Assembly (NCBI GenBank): GCA_041659405.1
Contig: JBAZYK010000005.1
Location: 1,796 to 33,795 of the forward strand
Reading direction: 5' to 3'
Source: Candidatus Altimarinota bacterium
GTDB taxonomy: Bacteria; Patescibacteriota; Gracilibacteria; UBA1369
DNA length: 32,000 bases
Positions 23,813-31,856 of this stretch are shown here, one piece after another; position 1 is the first letter of the stretch, and every line of letters starts with the position of its first letter. The notes under the pieces were generated by a model. That model was not told where the DNA came from, searched no databases, and worked only from the letters and a program-made list of their open reading frames with translations. Position numbers and translations under genes: made by a program.

Positions 23813-25318
23813 ATGTGTGGAATTCTCGGCATTATGGCCAATGAACCTGTGGCACAACAGCTCTTTGATGGGTTGACCGGCTTGCAGCATCGCGGGCAGG
23901 ATTCCGCGGGAATTATGACCTATGAAGACCATTTCAACCTGAAAAAGGGTAATGGCCTGGTTCGTGACGTTTTTCACACCAAAAACATGATGCGTTTGCG
24001 TGGAAATATGGGCATCGGGCACGTGCGTTATCCAACAGCAGGAAGCAATGATGCGGCCGAAGCTCAGCCTTTTTATGTTAACTCCCCTTTTGGACTTTCG
24101 CTGATCCACAACGGAAATTTAACCAACTATGATGAACTTAAACAGGAAGTTTTAAGAGTTGATTTGCGTCATTTAAATACAAAATCCGATTCCGAACTTT
24201 TGTTAAATGTTTTGGCAACGGCTTTGCGTGGCATTAAAACCACAGTTTTGACTCCGGAAAAAATCTTTGAAGCCATGGAAAGCGTTTTTAAGCGTCTAAA
24301 AGGCAGTTATTGCGTAATTGCTTTGATTGCTGATTACGGTATGTTGGCTTTTAGGGATCCTTATGGCATTCGTCCGCTGGCATTTGGAAAGCGCGATCAT
24401 AATCTGATGCAGGAATACATTATCGCTTCTGAAACAGTGGCAATTGATACTTTGGGCTTTGATTTTGTGAGTGATATTCAGCCCGGTGAAGTGATTTTTA
24501 TTGATATGAAGCGCAATGTGCACCGCAAGAATCTTGCCAAGCCAAAGTGGGCTCCCTGTATTTTTGAACACGTTTATTTGGCCCGCCCCGACTCGATTAT
24601 GGACAATGTGAGTGTGTATAAAACACGTTTGCGCATGGGCGTAAAATTGGCTCAAAAAATTAAAAAAGCAAATCTGGATATTGATGTGGTGGTTCCCGTG
24701 CCGGATTCTTCCAGAAGTGCGGCTTTGCCATTGGCGCAGGAGCTGGGCGTAAAGTACCGTGAAGGTCTGGTTAAAAACCGCTATATTGGGCGAACATTTA
24801 TTATGCCGGGCCAGGAGATCCGCAAAAAATCCATTCATTATAAATTGAATACCATCAAATTGGAGCTTAGAAATCGCAATGTTTTGCTTGTTGATGACTC
24901 GATTGTGCGTGGAAATACTTCAAAAAGAATTATTCAAATGGTGCGTGATGCCGGAGCCAAGAACGTGTATTTTGCTTCATGCGCACCTCCGCTAATCAGT
25001 CCCTGTGTTTATGGTGTTGATTTGCCGTCAAAACATGAATTTGTAGCGCATGAACTTTCGACTGATGAAATCTGCAAAGTGATTGGCGCCGATGCGCTGT
25101 TTTATCAGGATATGCAGGATTTGTTGGATTCCGCCCAGGAAGGAAATCCTAAAATTACCGGCTTCTGTCATGCCTGTATGAACGGTAAATATCCAACTCC
25201 GGAAGTTACAAAGGAGCTGTTGGATAAGGCCGAAGCAACCCGTGGCGCAATGCAAAAAGCTGAAAACGTGGGTGATTCAGGCGATGATATTAAAGATGAA
25301 CAACTAACTTTGATTTAA
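23813..25318 (+). CDS. purF: Amidophosphoribosyltransferase (glutamine-PRPP amidotransferase)
   Basis: N-terminal MCGILGI (Ntn Cys1), GLQHRGQDSAGI, HVRYPTAG, the PRPP-binding loop VLLVDDSIVRGNTS, and a C-terminal Cys cluster (CVYGVD...CHAC). Confidence 0.95.
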   Translation: MCGILGIMANEPVAQQLFDGLTGLQHRGQDSAGIMTYEDHFNLKKGNGLVRDVFHTKNMMRLRGNMGIGHVRYPTAGSNDAAEAQPFYVNSPFGLSLIHNGNLTNYDELKQEVLRVDLRHLNTKSDSELLLNVLATALRGIKTTVLTPEKIFEAMESVFKRLKGSYCVIALIADYGMLAFRDPYGIRPLAFGKRDHNLMQEYIIASETVAIDTLGFDFVSDIQPGEVIFIDMKRNVHRKNLAKPKWAPCIFEHVYLARPDSIMDNVSVYKTRLRMGVKLAQKIKKANLDIDVVVPVPDSSRSAALPLAQELGVKYREGLVKNRYIGRTFIMPGQEIRKKSIHYKLNTIKLELRNRNVLLVDDSIVRGNTSKRIIQMVRDAGAKNVYFASCAPPLISPCVYGVDLPSKHEFVAHELSTDEICKVIGADALFYQDMQDLLDSAQEGNPKITGFCHACMNGKYPTPEVTKELLDKAEATRGAMQKAENVGDSGDDIKDEQLTLI

Positions 25319-25354
25319 TAGTCGTCCGCCATTCTTAATTCGTAATTCGTCCAA

Positions 25355-26689
25355 ATGCCTCGCATTCTTTTAATTGGAAATGGTGCCCGTGAACACGTGA
25401 TTGCCGAAACTTTGCAAAGGGGCGGAGCTGAAATTTTCACCTATGGAAAAGCCAGAAACCCGGGTCTTTTAAAGCTTTCCGCGGACTATGAAGTTGGCGG
25501 CTATAAAACCAAAGAGGATTTTGAGCACCTTAAAAGTTATGCCCGCAAAATCAAACCGGATTTTGCCTTTGTAGGGCCGGATGATCCGATTGCTGATGGA
25601 GTGGTTGATCTATTATTGGCGGAGGAAATCCACTCTGTGGCGCCACTGCAAACTGTGGCGAGGCTGGAATCTTCCAAGTCTTTTACGCGTGATCTTGTAG
25701 CCAAATATAAGATTCCGGGAAATCCGTTTTTTAAAGTTTTCCGTACCGAGGATGGCGCAAACGTGGGTAAATCCATGGAAGATTTTATGAAAGAACTTGA
25801 TGGCAATTATGTGGTGAAGGCTGATGTTTTGATGGGCGGCAAGGGCGTAAAAGTTTCCGGAGAGCATTTGGCAACGATCAAAGAAGGTGTGGCTTATGCG
25901 CAGGAATGCCTGCAGGCTGCGGAAAAAGTGGTGATCGAAGAAAAATTTATTGGCCAGGAATTTAGTTTGATGAGTTTTTGTGATGGATTGCACACGGTGG
26001 AAATGCCAGCGGTTCAGGACCATAAACGCGCTTATGATGGCGATCTTGGGCCAAATACCGGTGGAATGGGTTCTTACGGCGATGCCAATCACTCGCTCCC
26101 ATTTTTAAAGGCGTCCGACCTTGAAGAGGCGCGGAATATCACCCAAAAAGTGGCTCGTGCGCTGTTTCAGGAAACCGGCGCGTATTTTAAAGGAATTATG
26201 TATGGTGGATTTATTGCCACTGCAAATGGCGTGCGGCTGATTGAATACAATGCCAGGTTTGGTGATCCGGAAGCCATGAATGTGTTGCCGATTTTAAAAA
26301 CAAATTTTGTTCAGGTTTGCCAGGCGGTTATAAACGGTGATCTTAATCATTTGAAAGTCGAGTTCGAGAATAAGGCTACAGTCTGCAAATATATCGTGCC
26401 GGAAGGTTATCCGGAAAAACCGGTCAAAGGCAAAAAAATTGAAATTGGAAAAATTCCGGATGGTGTTAATCTGTACTATGCTTCGGTTGATCAGACCGAT
26501 GAAGGACTGATTTTAAGTTCATCCAGGGCTGTTGCATTGGTCGGTATTGCGGATACGATCGCCGAAGCGGAAAAGATTGCCCAAAGTGCCTGCGCCTCCG
26601 TTAAAGGGCCGGTATTCTATCGCAAAGACGTTGGAACGGATGAACTCATCCAGAAACGTGTGGAGATGATGAAGAAGCTGCGAGGGTAG
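25355..26689 (+). CDS. purD: Phosphoribosylamine-glycine ligase
   Basis: ILLIGNGAREHVIAE, the ATP-grasp core (VVKADVLMGGKGVKV, EEKFIGQEFSL), NTGGMG and EYNARFGDPE are canonical PurD motifs. Confidence 0.93.
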   Translation: MPRILLIGNGAREHVIAETLQRGGAEIFTYGKARNPGLLKLSADYEVGGYKTKEDFEHLKSYARKIKPDFAFVGPDDPIADGVVDLLLAEEIHSVAPLQTVARLESSKSFTRDLVAKYKIPGNPFFKVFRTEDGANVGKSMEDFMKELDGNYVVKADVLMGGKGVKVSGEHLATIKEGVAYAQECLQAAEKVVIEEKFIGQEFSLMSFCDGLHTVEMPAVQDHKRAYDGDLGPNTGGMGSYGDANHSLPFLKASDLEEARNITQKVARALFQETGAYFKGIMYGGFIATANGVRLIEYNARFGDPEAMNVLPILKTNFVQVCQAVINGDLNHLKVEFENKATVCKYIVPEGYPEKPVKGKKIEIGKIPDGVNLYYASVDQTDEGLILSSSRAVALVGIADTIAEAEKIAQSACASVKGPVFYRKDVGTDELIQKRVEMMKKLRG

Positions 26690-26699
26690 GTTGTTCTTT

Positions 26700-28145
26700 C
26701 TACGCCAAGAGGAAAATTCTTAAAGGAATTTTTACCGCCTCAAATTCCTTTGAATATTCTAAATTTTCCTCAGATATAATCAAACTGTAATTTGGCTTAA
26801 ACTTCTTCGCCGTCGCGATTACCTGGCGATAATCTTTTTTACCTGCGCCGACCTCAATAATAATTCTCTGATTACCCATTCCAAGAATAAAATCGGCACC
26901 ACCCTGTGCGGCATCATAAGTCAAAGATTTCCCGGGATTCTTATTTAAAATCCTATGTAAATACATCGCGACCAAATCTTCAAGCAACTTACCTTTCGCA
27001 TTCTCCGGAGAAATAATATTGCCAATCATTTTGTAGTACATGGCACGAAATGCCGGTGATGAGAACAGAAACTTCGATGGTTTTCTTGCACTGGCAACCT
27101 GATTTAGATGGGAACCATGTGCATATATCCTATGCAAAACTTCCGTATTCTCCAACAAATCAAATATCTCCATGACTTTCGGTCGACTGATACCAAAATT
27201 ATCCGAAATTGTTTTAAAATTAAACGCATCCATATCCGCTACCGCATACAAAATTCCAGGGATTTTCGAAATAATTTCAGATGAAAATTTCCCTGTACTC
27301 ACGATATCGCCACTCACTACACGATCCAGTGTTTTATTGATCTGATCATAAACAATCGCTTCATTGTTCGAAGCGACCATAAAAGGCAATGAGCCATAAT
27401 TAAGGTACTTATCAAATTCATGTCTTGTTATCCCTAAATAATATTCATTAATTTTCTTTTCCAAACCATTAAGCTTCTCATAAACCTCTTTCCCGGTATT
27501 GCTTGAGAATAATGCATTTCTTATTTCCTGACCCAGGCCTTTTACCTCGTACTTCTGCATCTTTATCTTCAAATATTCAGTAAAGCTCAGAGGGAAAAGT
27601 TTCTCAAAAACAGCTCTACGGGCCACATCAGTATTAATATTCATCAATAACGCCGCAGAACCGGTGGCAAATATAAAAACCTTATTTGAACGATCAAAAA
27701 TAGTTTTTAAAACGATCCCCCATTTAGAATCATATTGAACCTCATCAAGAAACAGCAAAAGTGGCTTATCAAGGCTTTCAAGAGACCTTCCTATAAGATC
27801 CTCATAAGTAGAAATTATCTCATGCAGGGGCGCACCAAGTATTTGACTTGTTTGATCAAGTGAAAGAAAAAGACGATATACATCTTTGCCTTTTGTATCG
27901 CTAAATAACTGGGACAATACCGTAGTTTTACCGGCACCACGAAGTCCCGTAAGAGTAACCCAACGATTTGCAACATTGCCCTGCAAAAAATTATCAAGAT
28001 ACGATTTTACTTTCACAAAAACGCTCCGCTGAGGTCTACGCTTGTTCTCCTCATCTAAAACATAGGCTTGCGCTCGAAAGTCAGCCTGAGCAATTTGCTC
28101 ATTCAGGAAATTTACGATTTTTTCTTTATTTGAAGCCATATTCAA
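26700..28145 (-). CDS. AAA-type ATPase with a C-terminal DUF4143-like domain (481 aa)
   Basis: Walker A LTGLRGAGKTT and Walker B LLLFLDEVQY. The overall length and layout are typical of the AAA_14 + DUF4143 'ATP-binding protein' family. Confidence 0.8.
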   Translation of the reverse strand: MNMASNKEKIVNFLNEQIAQADFRAQAYVLDEENKRRPQRSVFVKVKSYLDNFLQGNVANRWVTLTGLRGAGKTTVLSQLFSDTKGKDVYRLFLSLDQTSQILGAPLHEIISTYEDLIGRSLESLDKPLLLFLDEVQYDSKWGIVLKTIFDRSNKVFIFATGSAALLMNINTDVARRAVFEKLFPLSFTEYLKIKMQKYEVKGLGQEIRNALFSSNTGKEVYEKLNGLEKKINEYYLGITRHEFDKYLNYGSLPFMVASNNEAIVYDQINKTLDRVVSGDIVSTGKFSSEIISKIPGILYAVADMDAFNFKTISDNFGISRPKVMEIFDLLENTEVLHRIYAHGSHLNQVASARKPSKFLFSSPAFRAMYYKMIGNIISPENAKGKLLEDLVAMYLHRILNKNPGKSLTYDAAQGGADFILGMGNQRIIIEVGAGKKDYRQVIATAKKFKPNYSLIISEENLEYSKEFEAVKIPLRIFLLA

Positions 28146-28157
28146 TGGTTAAATAAC

Positions 28158-28215
28158 TCAGTGTCAATTACAATTTACACCGAATGCCACTTCAGTGTCA
28201 ATTATAATTTACACC
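28158..28215. repeat. Two 24-bp direct repeats (1 mismatch, period 34 bp) in the promoter region of the AAA ATPase gene
   Basis: tcagtgtcaattacaatttacacc (28158..28181) and tcagtgtcaattataatttacacc (28192..28215). On the minus strand each reads GGTGTAAATT(G/A)TAATTGACACTGA, containing TTGACA and T(G/A)TAAT hexamers. Confidence 0.85.
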
Positions 28216-28257
28216 AGGCGAGTTGCTGGTATTTATGCTAATAGGGGCTTTTCCTGC

Positions 28258-28845
28258 CTACCTCTTCTTGCCTGAGCGAACTGAAGCGTTTTTTTTTGCT
28301 GAAGCCCCGGGAGCCTTTTTTGAAGTTTTAGCTGAAGCCTTCGTGGCCCTTCCCTTTGCAGCCTTGGCCGCTCCCCTTTTTTTTGTTTGAGGTTTGGAAG
28401 CCTTCCCCTGCGCCATTTCGCTTTGTTTCATTTCGTTTTTCATATCCTCGAATTCGTGTTGGACTTCGCCGATTTTCTTTTTTACGACTGTAAAGCCATG
28501 CTGGATTTGCTCTTTGGCCTGGTTAAAACTCTGCATTCCTTTATCGTACAGGCCGGCTTCTTCCAGTTGTTCCTTGGCGGAGTTACCAACTTCTTTCAGG
28601 TATTCTTTGCCTTTTTTTACATTTTTTTGAACTTCCGGTTTTTCATAAATTTTTTGCGCAGTTTGCGCAATATCTTCGCCCATCGCGGTAAAATTTTCTT
28701 TTAAAGTTTCTGTGCCAAGTCCACCGCTTTCAAACTCTTTTTTCAATTTGCCTCTAAGGTCTTTTCCTTTTTTGGGCGCGAATAAAACGCCCAGGATGGT
28801 TCCCACAATTACTCCAAATAATAATCCGCCTTTTTTGTTTGACAT
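28258..28845 (-). CDS. YtxH-like protein with a Lys/Ala-rich basic C-terminal tail (195 aa from the internal ATG)
   Basis: MSNKKGGLLFGVIVGTILGVLFAPKKGKDLRGKLKKE is a YtxH-type N-terminus, followed by a helical K/E-rich middle. The tail is KPQTKKRGAAKAAKGRATKASAKTSKKAPGASAKK. The ORF-track start at 28935 is rejected because that segment holds the upstream gene's terminator hairpin. Confidence 0.75.
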   Translation of the reverse strand: MSNKKGGLLFGVIVGTILGVLFAPKKGKDLRGKLKKEFESGGLGTETLKENFTAMGEDIAQTAQKIYEKPEVQKNVKKGKEYLKEVGNSAKEQLEEAGLYDKGMQSFNQAKEQIQHGFTVVKKKIGEVQHEFEDMKNEMKQSEMAQGKASKPQTKKRGAAKAAKGRATKASAKTSKKAPGASAKKNASVRSGKKR

Positions 28846-28911
28846 ATATTTTTGTTTGTTATTGATTGAATCGATTTTATCACGTTGAATAAACTCTGAC
28901 AAATTTTTGCA

Positions 28912-28947
28912 GATATAGAAAGAGCCCCTTGTCATTAAAGGAGCTCT
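28912..28947 (-). terminator. Intrinsic terminator of the 847-aa wall-protein gene
   Basis: Minus strand: AGAGCUCCUU-UAAUGAC-AAGGGGCUCU forms a 10-bp stem (one U-G pair) followed by UUCUAUAUCU. Confidence 0.5.
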
Positions 28948-29001
28948 TCCATGGCGTTTTACCAGTCGACTGTTAGTTTAGTATAGCGTCTTTTTTACAA
29001 A

Positions 29002-31545
29002 TTAGTAGTTGTAATTATACCCATAATTGTTGTATGGATAACTTGGCGCCGGGGCGGAATAATTGTAAGTAGGTGGCACGTAGTAAGTCGGAGCCGGTTG
29101 TTGGTAGTTGTAAGTCGTTGGAGTTACATAGTTATTTGCTGTAGGTGTAGAAGTTTTGAATCCACGATTGCTGAATTGGTAGAAAAGATCGGCAACATCT
29201 CCACGTGTAATTGGAGCGGCAGGATTAAAGCGGCCTGTTCCATCATCATGCATTAAACCGTAGCTCTTAGCGAAACAAACGAAGTCAATATACCAACGGT
29301 TTTCGCTGTTATTTACTGTGTCCACAAAAGGTGTAGTTGAGCAGTAAGGCATAGAAACGCCTGAAGCCTTCAAGAAAATCTTCAATAATTCAACACGATT
29401 GATAGTTTGATCAGGACGGAAAGTTCCATCCGGATATCCCTGAATAATACCGTAACTTACAGCTGAACGAAGGTAAGGCATATACCAAGCATTGCTGTAG
29501 TAAATATCAGAGAAATTCAAAGCTGCACCGGAATAGTTGGTTGATAAACCTAAGGCCAAAAGTACAACTTTTACGGTTTCAGCACGGTTGATTTGTTGGT
29601 AAGCACCGAAAGTATTGTCGTTGTAGCCATTAAATACACCAAGGTTTTTCATTTCCTGAATAGCGCGGCAGTATGGGTTGTTAACTGTAACGTCAATATA
29701 TCCGGCGCAAGTTACGTTAGTTGGGAAACCAATAACCGTATTGTTGGTGTTTACCTGTACATAAGCTGTTTCAGTGTCTGTTTGTCCGTCAGTGGAGTTA
29801 GCGCTTATTTTAAAGCGATAAACTGCATCCGGAAGAATGTTTCCGTAGTCGTTACGGCCATTCCAGGTATCGGAATAGTTATAATTACCTGTTCCATAGT
29901 AAGGAATGTAGATTGTTGAAGCTGGAATTGGAGTTGGGTAACGTGTAACATTACTTACCAAGTTTCTTACTACATTGTTGCTTGAATCAATAATCTGAAC
30001 TGTTACATTGGCCTGTTTTACAACCTGGTAATAAGCAATTGAAGTCTGATTATTTGGGTTGAAGATATCAGGATTGATTGTCAGGTTTTTGATGATAGTG
30101 CCGGTTTGTGTGCCGGTGCTGCCGGTTGAATTAACCTGAACGTTTACCGTTTCTGTGTCTGTAACTACATTGTTGGTATTTCTAACCTGTACGGTTGCAA
30201 CGTAAGTTCCATCACTAACACGGTTACCGTTTACATCACGGCCATCCCAGTTTTGAGTCTGAGTTCCTGTAGTCTTGTAAACGTTGTTAAGAAGTGTTTT
30301 AGCGTATGGAGAAGCAATTTGAACTGTTACATAACCAGGATTATCCAGTGTGTAATAGATATTTGTGCTTTGAGTAGTTGGGTTGAATGGATTTGGACTT
30401 ACGGAAAGGCTTGTAATACTTGGAGTTACAGAAGAAGTGTAATAGTTAACATTTACGCTTCCTGTTTTTAAATTGCCGGTTCCGTTAGCGTTGCTTGTAG
30501 CAGAAACTACAACAGTGTAAGTACCGTTAACAATGCTTCCATTATCGTATTTACCGTTCCAGTTAACGCTATTTTGGTTTGCGCTTGTAGTAATTGTTTT
30601 TCTTAAAACGCTGGCACTGTCGTAAATTCTTACGGTTGCGTAATCAAAAGACTTATCAACACCAAAAGAAATTGTAGCCTGTTCGCTATTGCTTGGATTG
30701 AAAGTTGCCGGAGTAATGCTTAATGAATTCACATTAGGGGCAGTTACTATAGGAAGAGTGGCATATACAACATTCATTTGAGCAGTTGTACCTGTATCTG
30801 CAGCGGTTGTTCCGACCGTGTAGATTTTTAATTCTCCAATATATGTTCCAGCTGGCGCATAATTACCATCGTTGTCTTTTCCGTTCCAAACTGTAAGATA
30901 GTCGCCTTGTCCTACGTTCGCGGTGTCGAATGATTTAACAATATTTAGAAAGTCGTTTTTAGGATAAATCCTCAAAGTTGCGTAAACATTTTGATTACCG
31001 CTAATTCCCCAATGGATTGTAGTGTAGCTTGTTACCGGATTAAAAGTTTGAGTATCAGCATATACATAAGTAATGCGTGGAGTGTTGGCTGCATTTGTTA
31101 CATAAACATTGCCACTTGTATAATCCTGATAATCACTGGCATTCATGGTGTTTTGAACGTGGACCTTAAAATAGAATGTTCCAACAGTTGTAGGTTCGTT
31201 CCATTGAATTTCAGAAGCTCCGGCACTTAAAGGTGCGCTTGGGCTTACTTGAGTAAGTAAGTTCTTAACTAAAGATCCGCCAACCTGATAAACATCAACC
31301 TGGGCGTAAGAACCTGTATTCAATTCAAAGTGAATTGCTGGAAGAACCCCGTTGCTTCCAAGTACGTAATTAGAATTTACAACGTATGTGTTTGATAAAA
31401 CCGGAGAAGTACCAAGGGCAAGAAACACCGGTCTGAGTGGGCTAATACCGCTACCAACGACAGCTGAAGCTGATTGAATTAAGCTCATAGAGAGCATAAC
31501 CAGTACCGCCAATGCGGATGTTTTTTTGATTCCTGACGTTTTCAT
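29002..31545 (-). CDS. S-layer-like cell-wall protein: signal peptide, ~6 FlgD-Ig-like repeats, 3 SLH domains and a Tyr/Pro/Asn-rich tail (847 aa)
   Basis: Signal peptide ...LIQSASAVV. Repeats carry WNGKDNDGNYAPAGTY, WNGKYDNGSIVNGTY, WDGRDVNGNRVSDGTY and WNGRNDYGNILPDAVY. SLH-like segments: YCRAIQEMKNLGVFNGYNDNTFGAYQQINRAETVKV; YLRSAVSYGIIQGYPDGTFRPDQTINRVELLKI; FAKSYGLMHDDGTGRFNPAAPITRGDVADL. The tail is ...YYVPPTYNYSAPAPSYPYNNYGYNYNY. Confidence 0.88.
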   Translation of the reverse strand: MKTSGIKKTSALAVLVMLSMSLIQSASAVVGSGISPLRPVFLALGTSPVLSNTYVVNSNYVLGSNGVLPAIHFELNTGSYAQVDVYQVGGSLVKNLLTQVSPSAPLSAGASEIQWNEPTTVGTFYFKVHVQNTMNASDYQDYTSGNVYVTNAANTPRITYVYADTQTFNPVTSYTTIHWGISGNQNVYATLRIYPKNDFLNIVKSFDTANVGQGDYLTVWNGKDNDGNYAPAGTYIGELKIYTVGTTAADTGTTAQMNVVYATLPIVTAPNVNSLSITPATFNPSNSEQATISFGVDKSFDYATVRIYDSASVLRKTITTSANQNSVNWNGKYDNGSIVNGTYTVVVSATSNANGTGNLKTGSVNVNYYTSSVTPSITSLSVSPNPFNPTTQSTNIYYTLDNPGYVTVQIASPYAKTLLNNVYKTTGTQTQNWDGRDVNGNRVSDGTYVATVQVRNTNNVVTDTETVNVQVNSTGSTGTQTGTIIKNLTINPDIFNPNNQTSIAYYQVVKQANVTVQIIDSSNNVVRNLVSNVTRYPTPIPASTIYIPYYGTGNYNYSDTWNGRNDYGNILPDAVYRFKISANSTDGQTDTETAYVQVNTNNTVIGFPTNVTCAGYIDVTVNNPYCRAIQEMKNLGVFNGYNDNTFGAYQQINRAETVKVVLLALGLSTNYSGAALNFSDIYYSNAWYMPYLRSAVSYGIIQGYPDGTFRPDQTINRVELLKIFLKASGVSMPYCSTTPFVDTVNNSENRWYIDFVCFAKSYGLMHDDGTGRFNPAAPITRGDVADLFYQFSNRGFKTSTPTANNYVTPTTYNYQQPAPTYYVPPTYNYSAPAPSYPYNNYGYNYNY

Positions 31546-31697
31546 AGGGAGATTGCTTAGGGATATAATAAATTAATTTTAGAAGGGATGTCCGGTGTAT
31601 AGAACCAAGTACGGTCTAATGTATTACAAAATTATTATCAATCGATTCTTGGGCAATTACACTTGCTTTTTCTTAATCTATGTAGAAAAAGGAGTGT

Positions 31698-31726
31698 ATG
31701 ATAGTACCAATCCTGCGACTTGTCAA
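31698..31726 (-). promoter_or_regulatory. Strong sigma70-type promoter of the wall-protein gene, implying a ~145-nt 5' UTR
   Basis: Minus strand reads TTGACA-N17-TATCAT. The -35 is consensus. The distance to the ATG at 31545 is about 150 nt. Confidence 0.5.
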
Positions 31727-31797
31727 ATTTATTTTTAGGGAAAGTGGTTAAATCGGGCGGAAAATTTTCTGTGCGGGATGATTTTCAGAGGTTTCCA

Positions 31798-31826
31798 TTG
31801 ACATGCGGCTCAACTTTTTTTATATT
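31798..31826 (+). promoter_or_regulatory. Sigma70-type promoter of rpsT
   Basis: TTGACA (31798-31803), 17-nt spacer, TATATT (31821-31826), 30 nt upstream of the rpsT ATG. Confidence 0.6.
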
Positions 31827-31856
31827 AGACAAGCAATTTTTTAAATAATACCTCAC

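Noticed and set aside
21730-26092. Long antisense ORFs inside dut (21730..22131), purF (23798..24109, 24296..24838, 25028..25255) and purD (25537..25806, 25613..26092)
   Set aside because: Each lies opposite a conserved, motif-rich CDS and has no recognisable features of its own.
28846-28935. N-terminal 30-aa extension of the YtxH ORF given in the ORF track (MTRGSFYICKNLSEF...)
   Set aside because: This segment contains the terminator hairpin of the upstream wall-protein gene. The canonical YtxH N-terminus begins at the internal ATG (28845).
31684-31750. SD-like AAAGGAG followed by ATG and a 17-codon + strand ORF (MIVPILRLVKFIFRESG)
   Set aside because: It is very short, overlaps the minus-strand promoter hexamers, and the organism otherwise shows no SD usage. 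It is most likely fortuitous.
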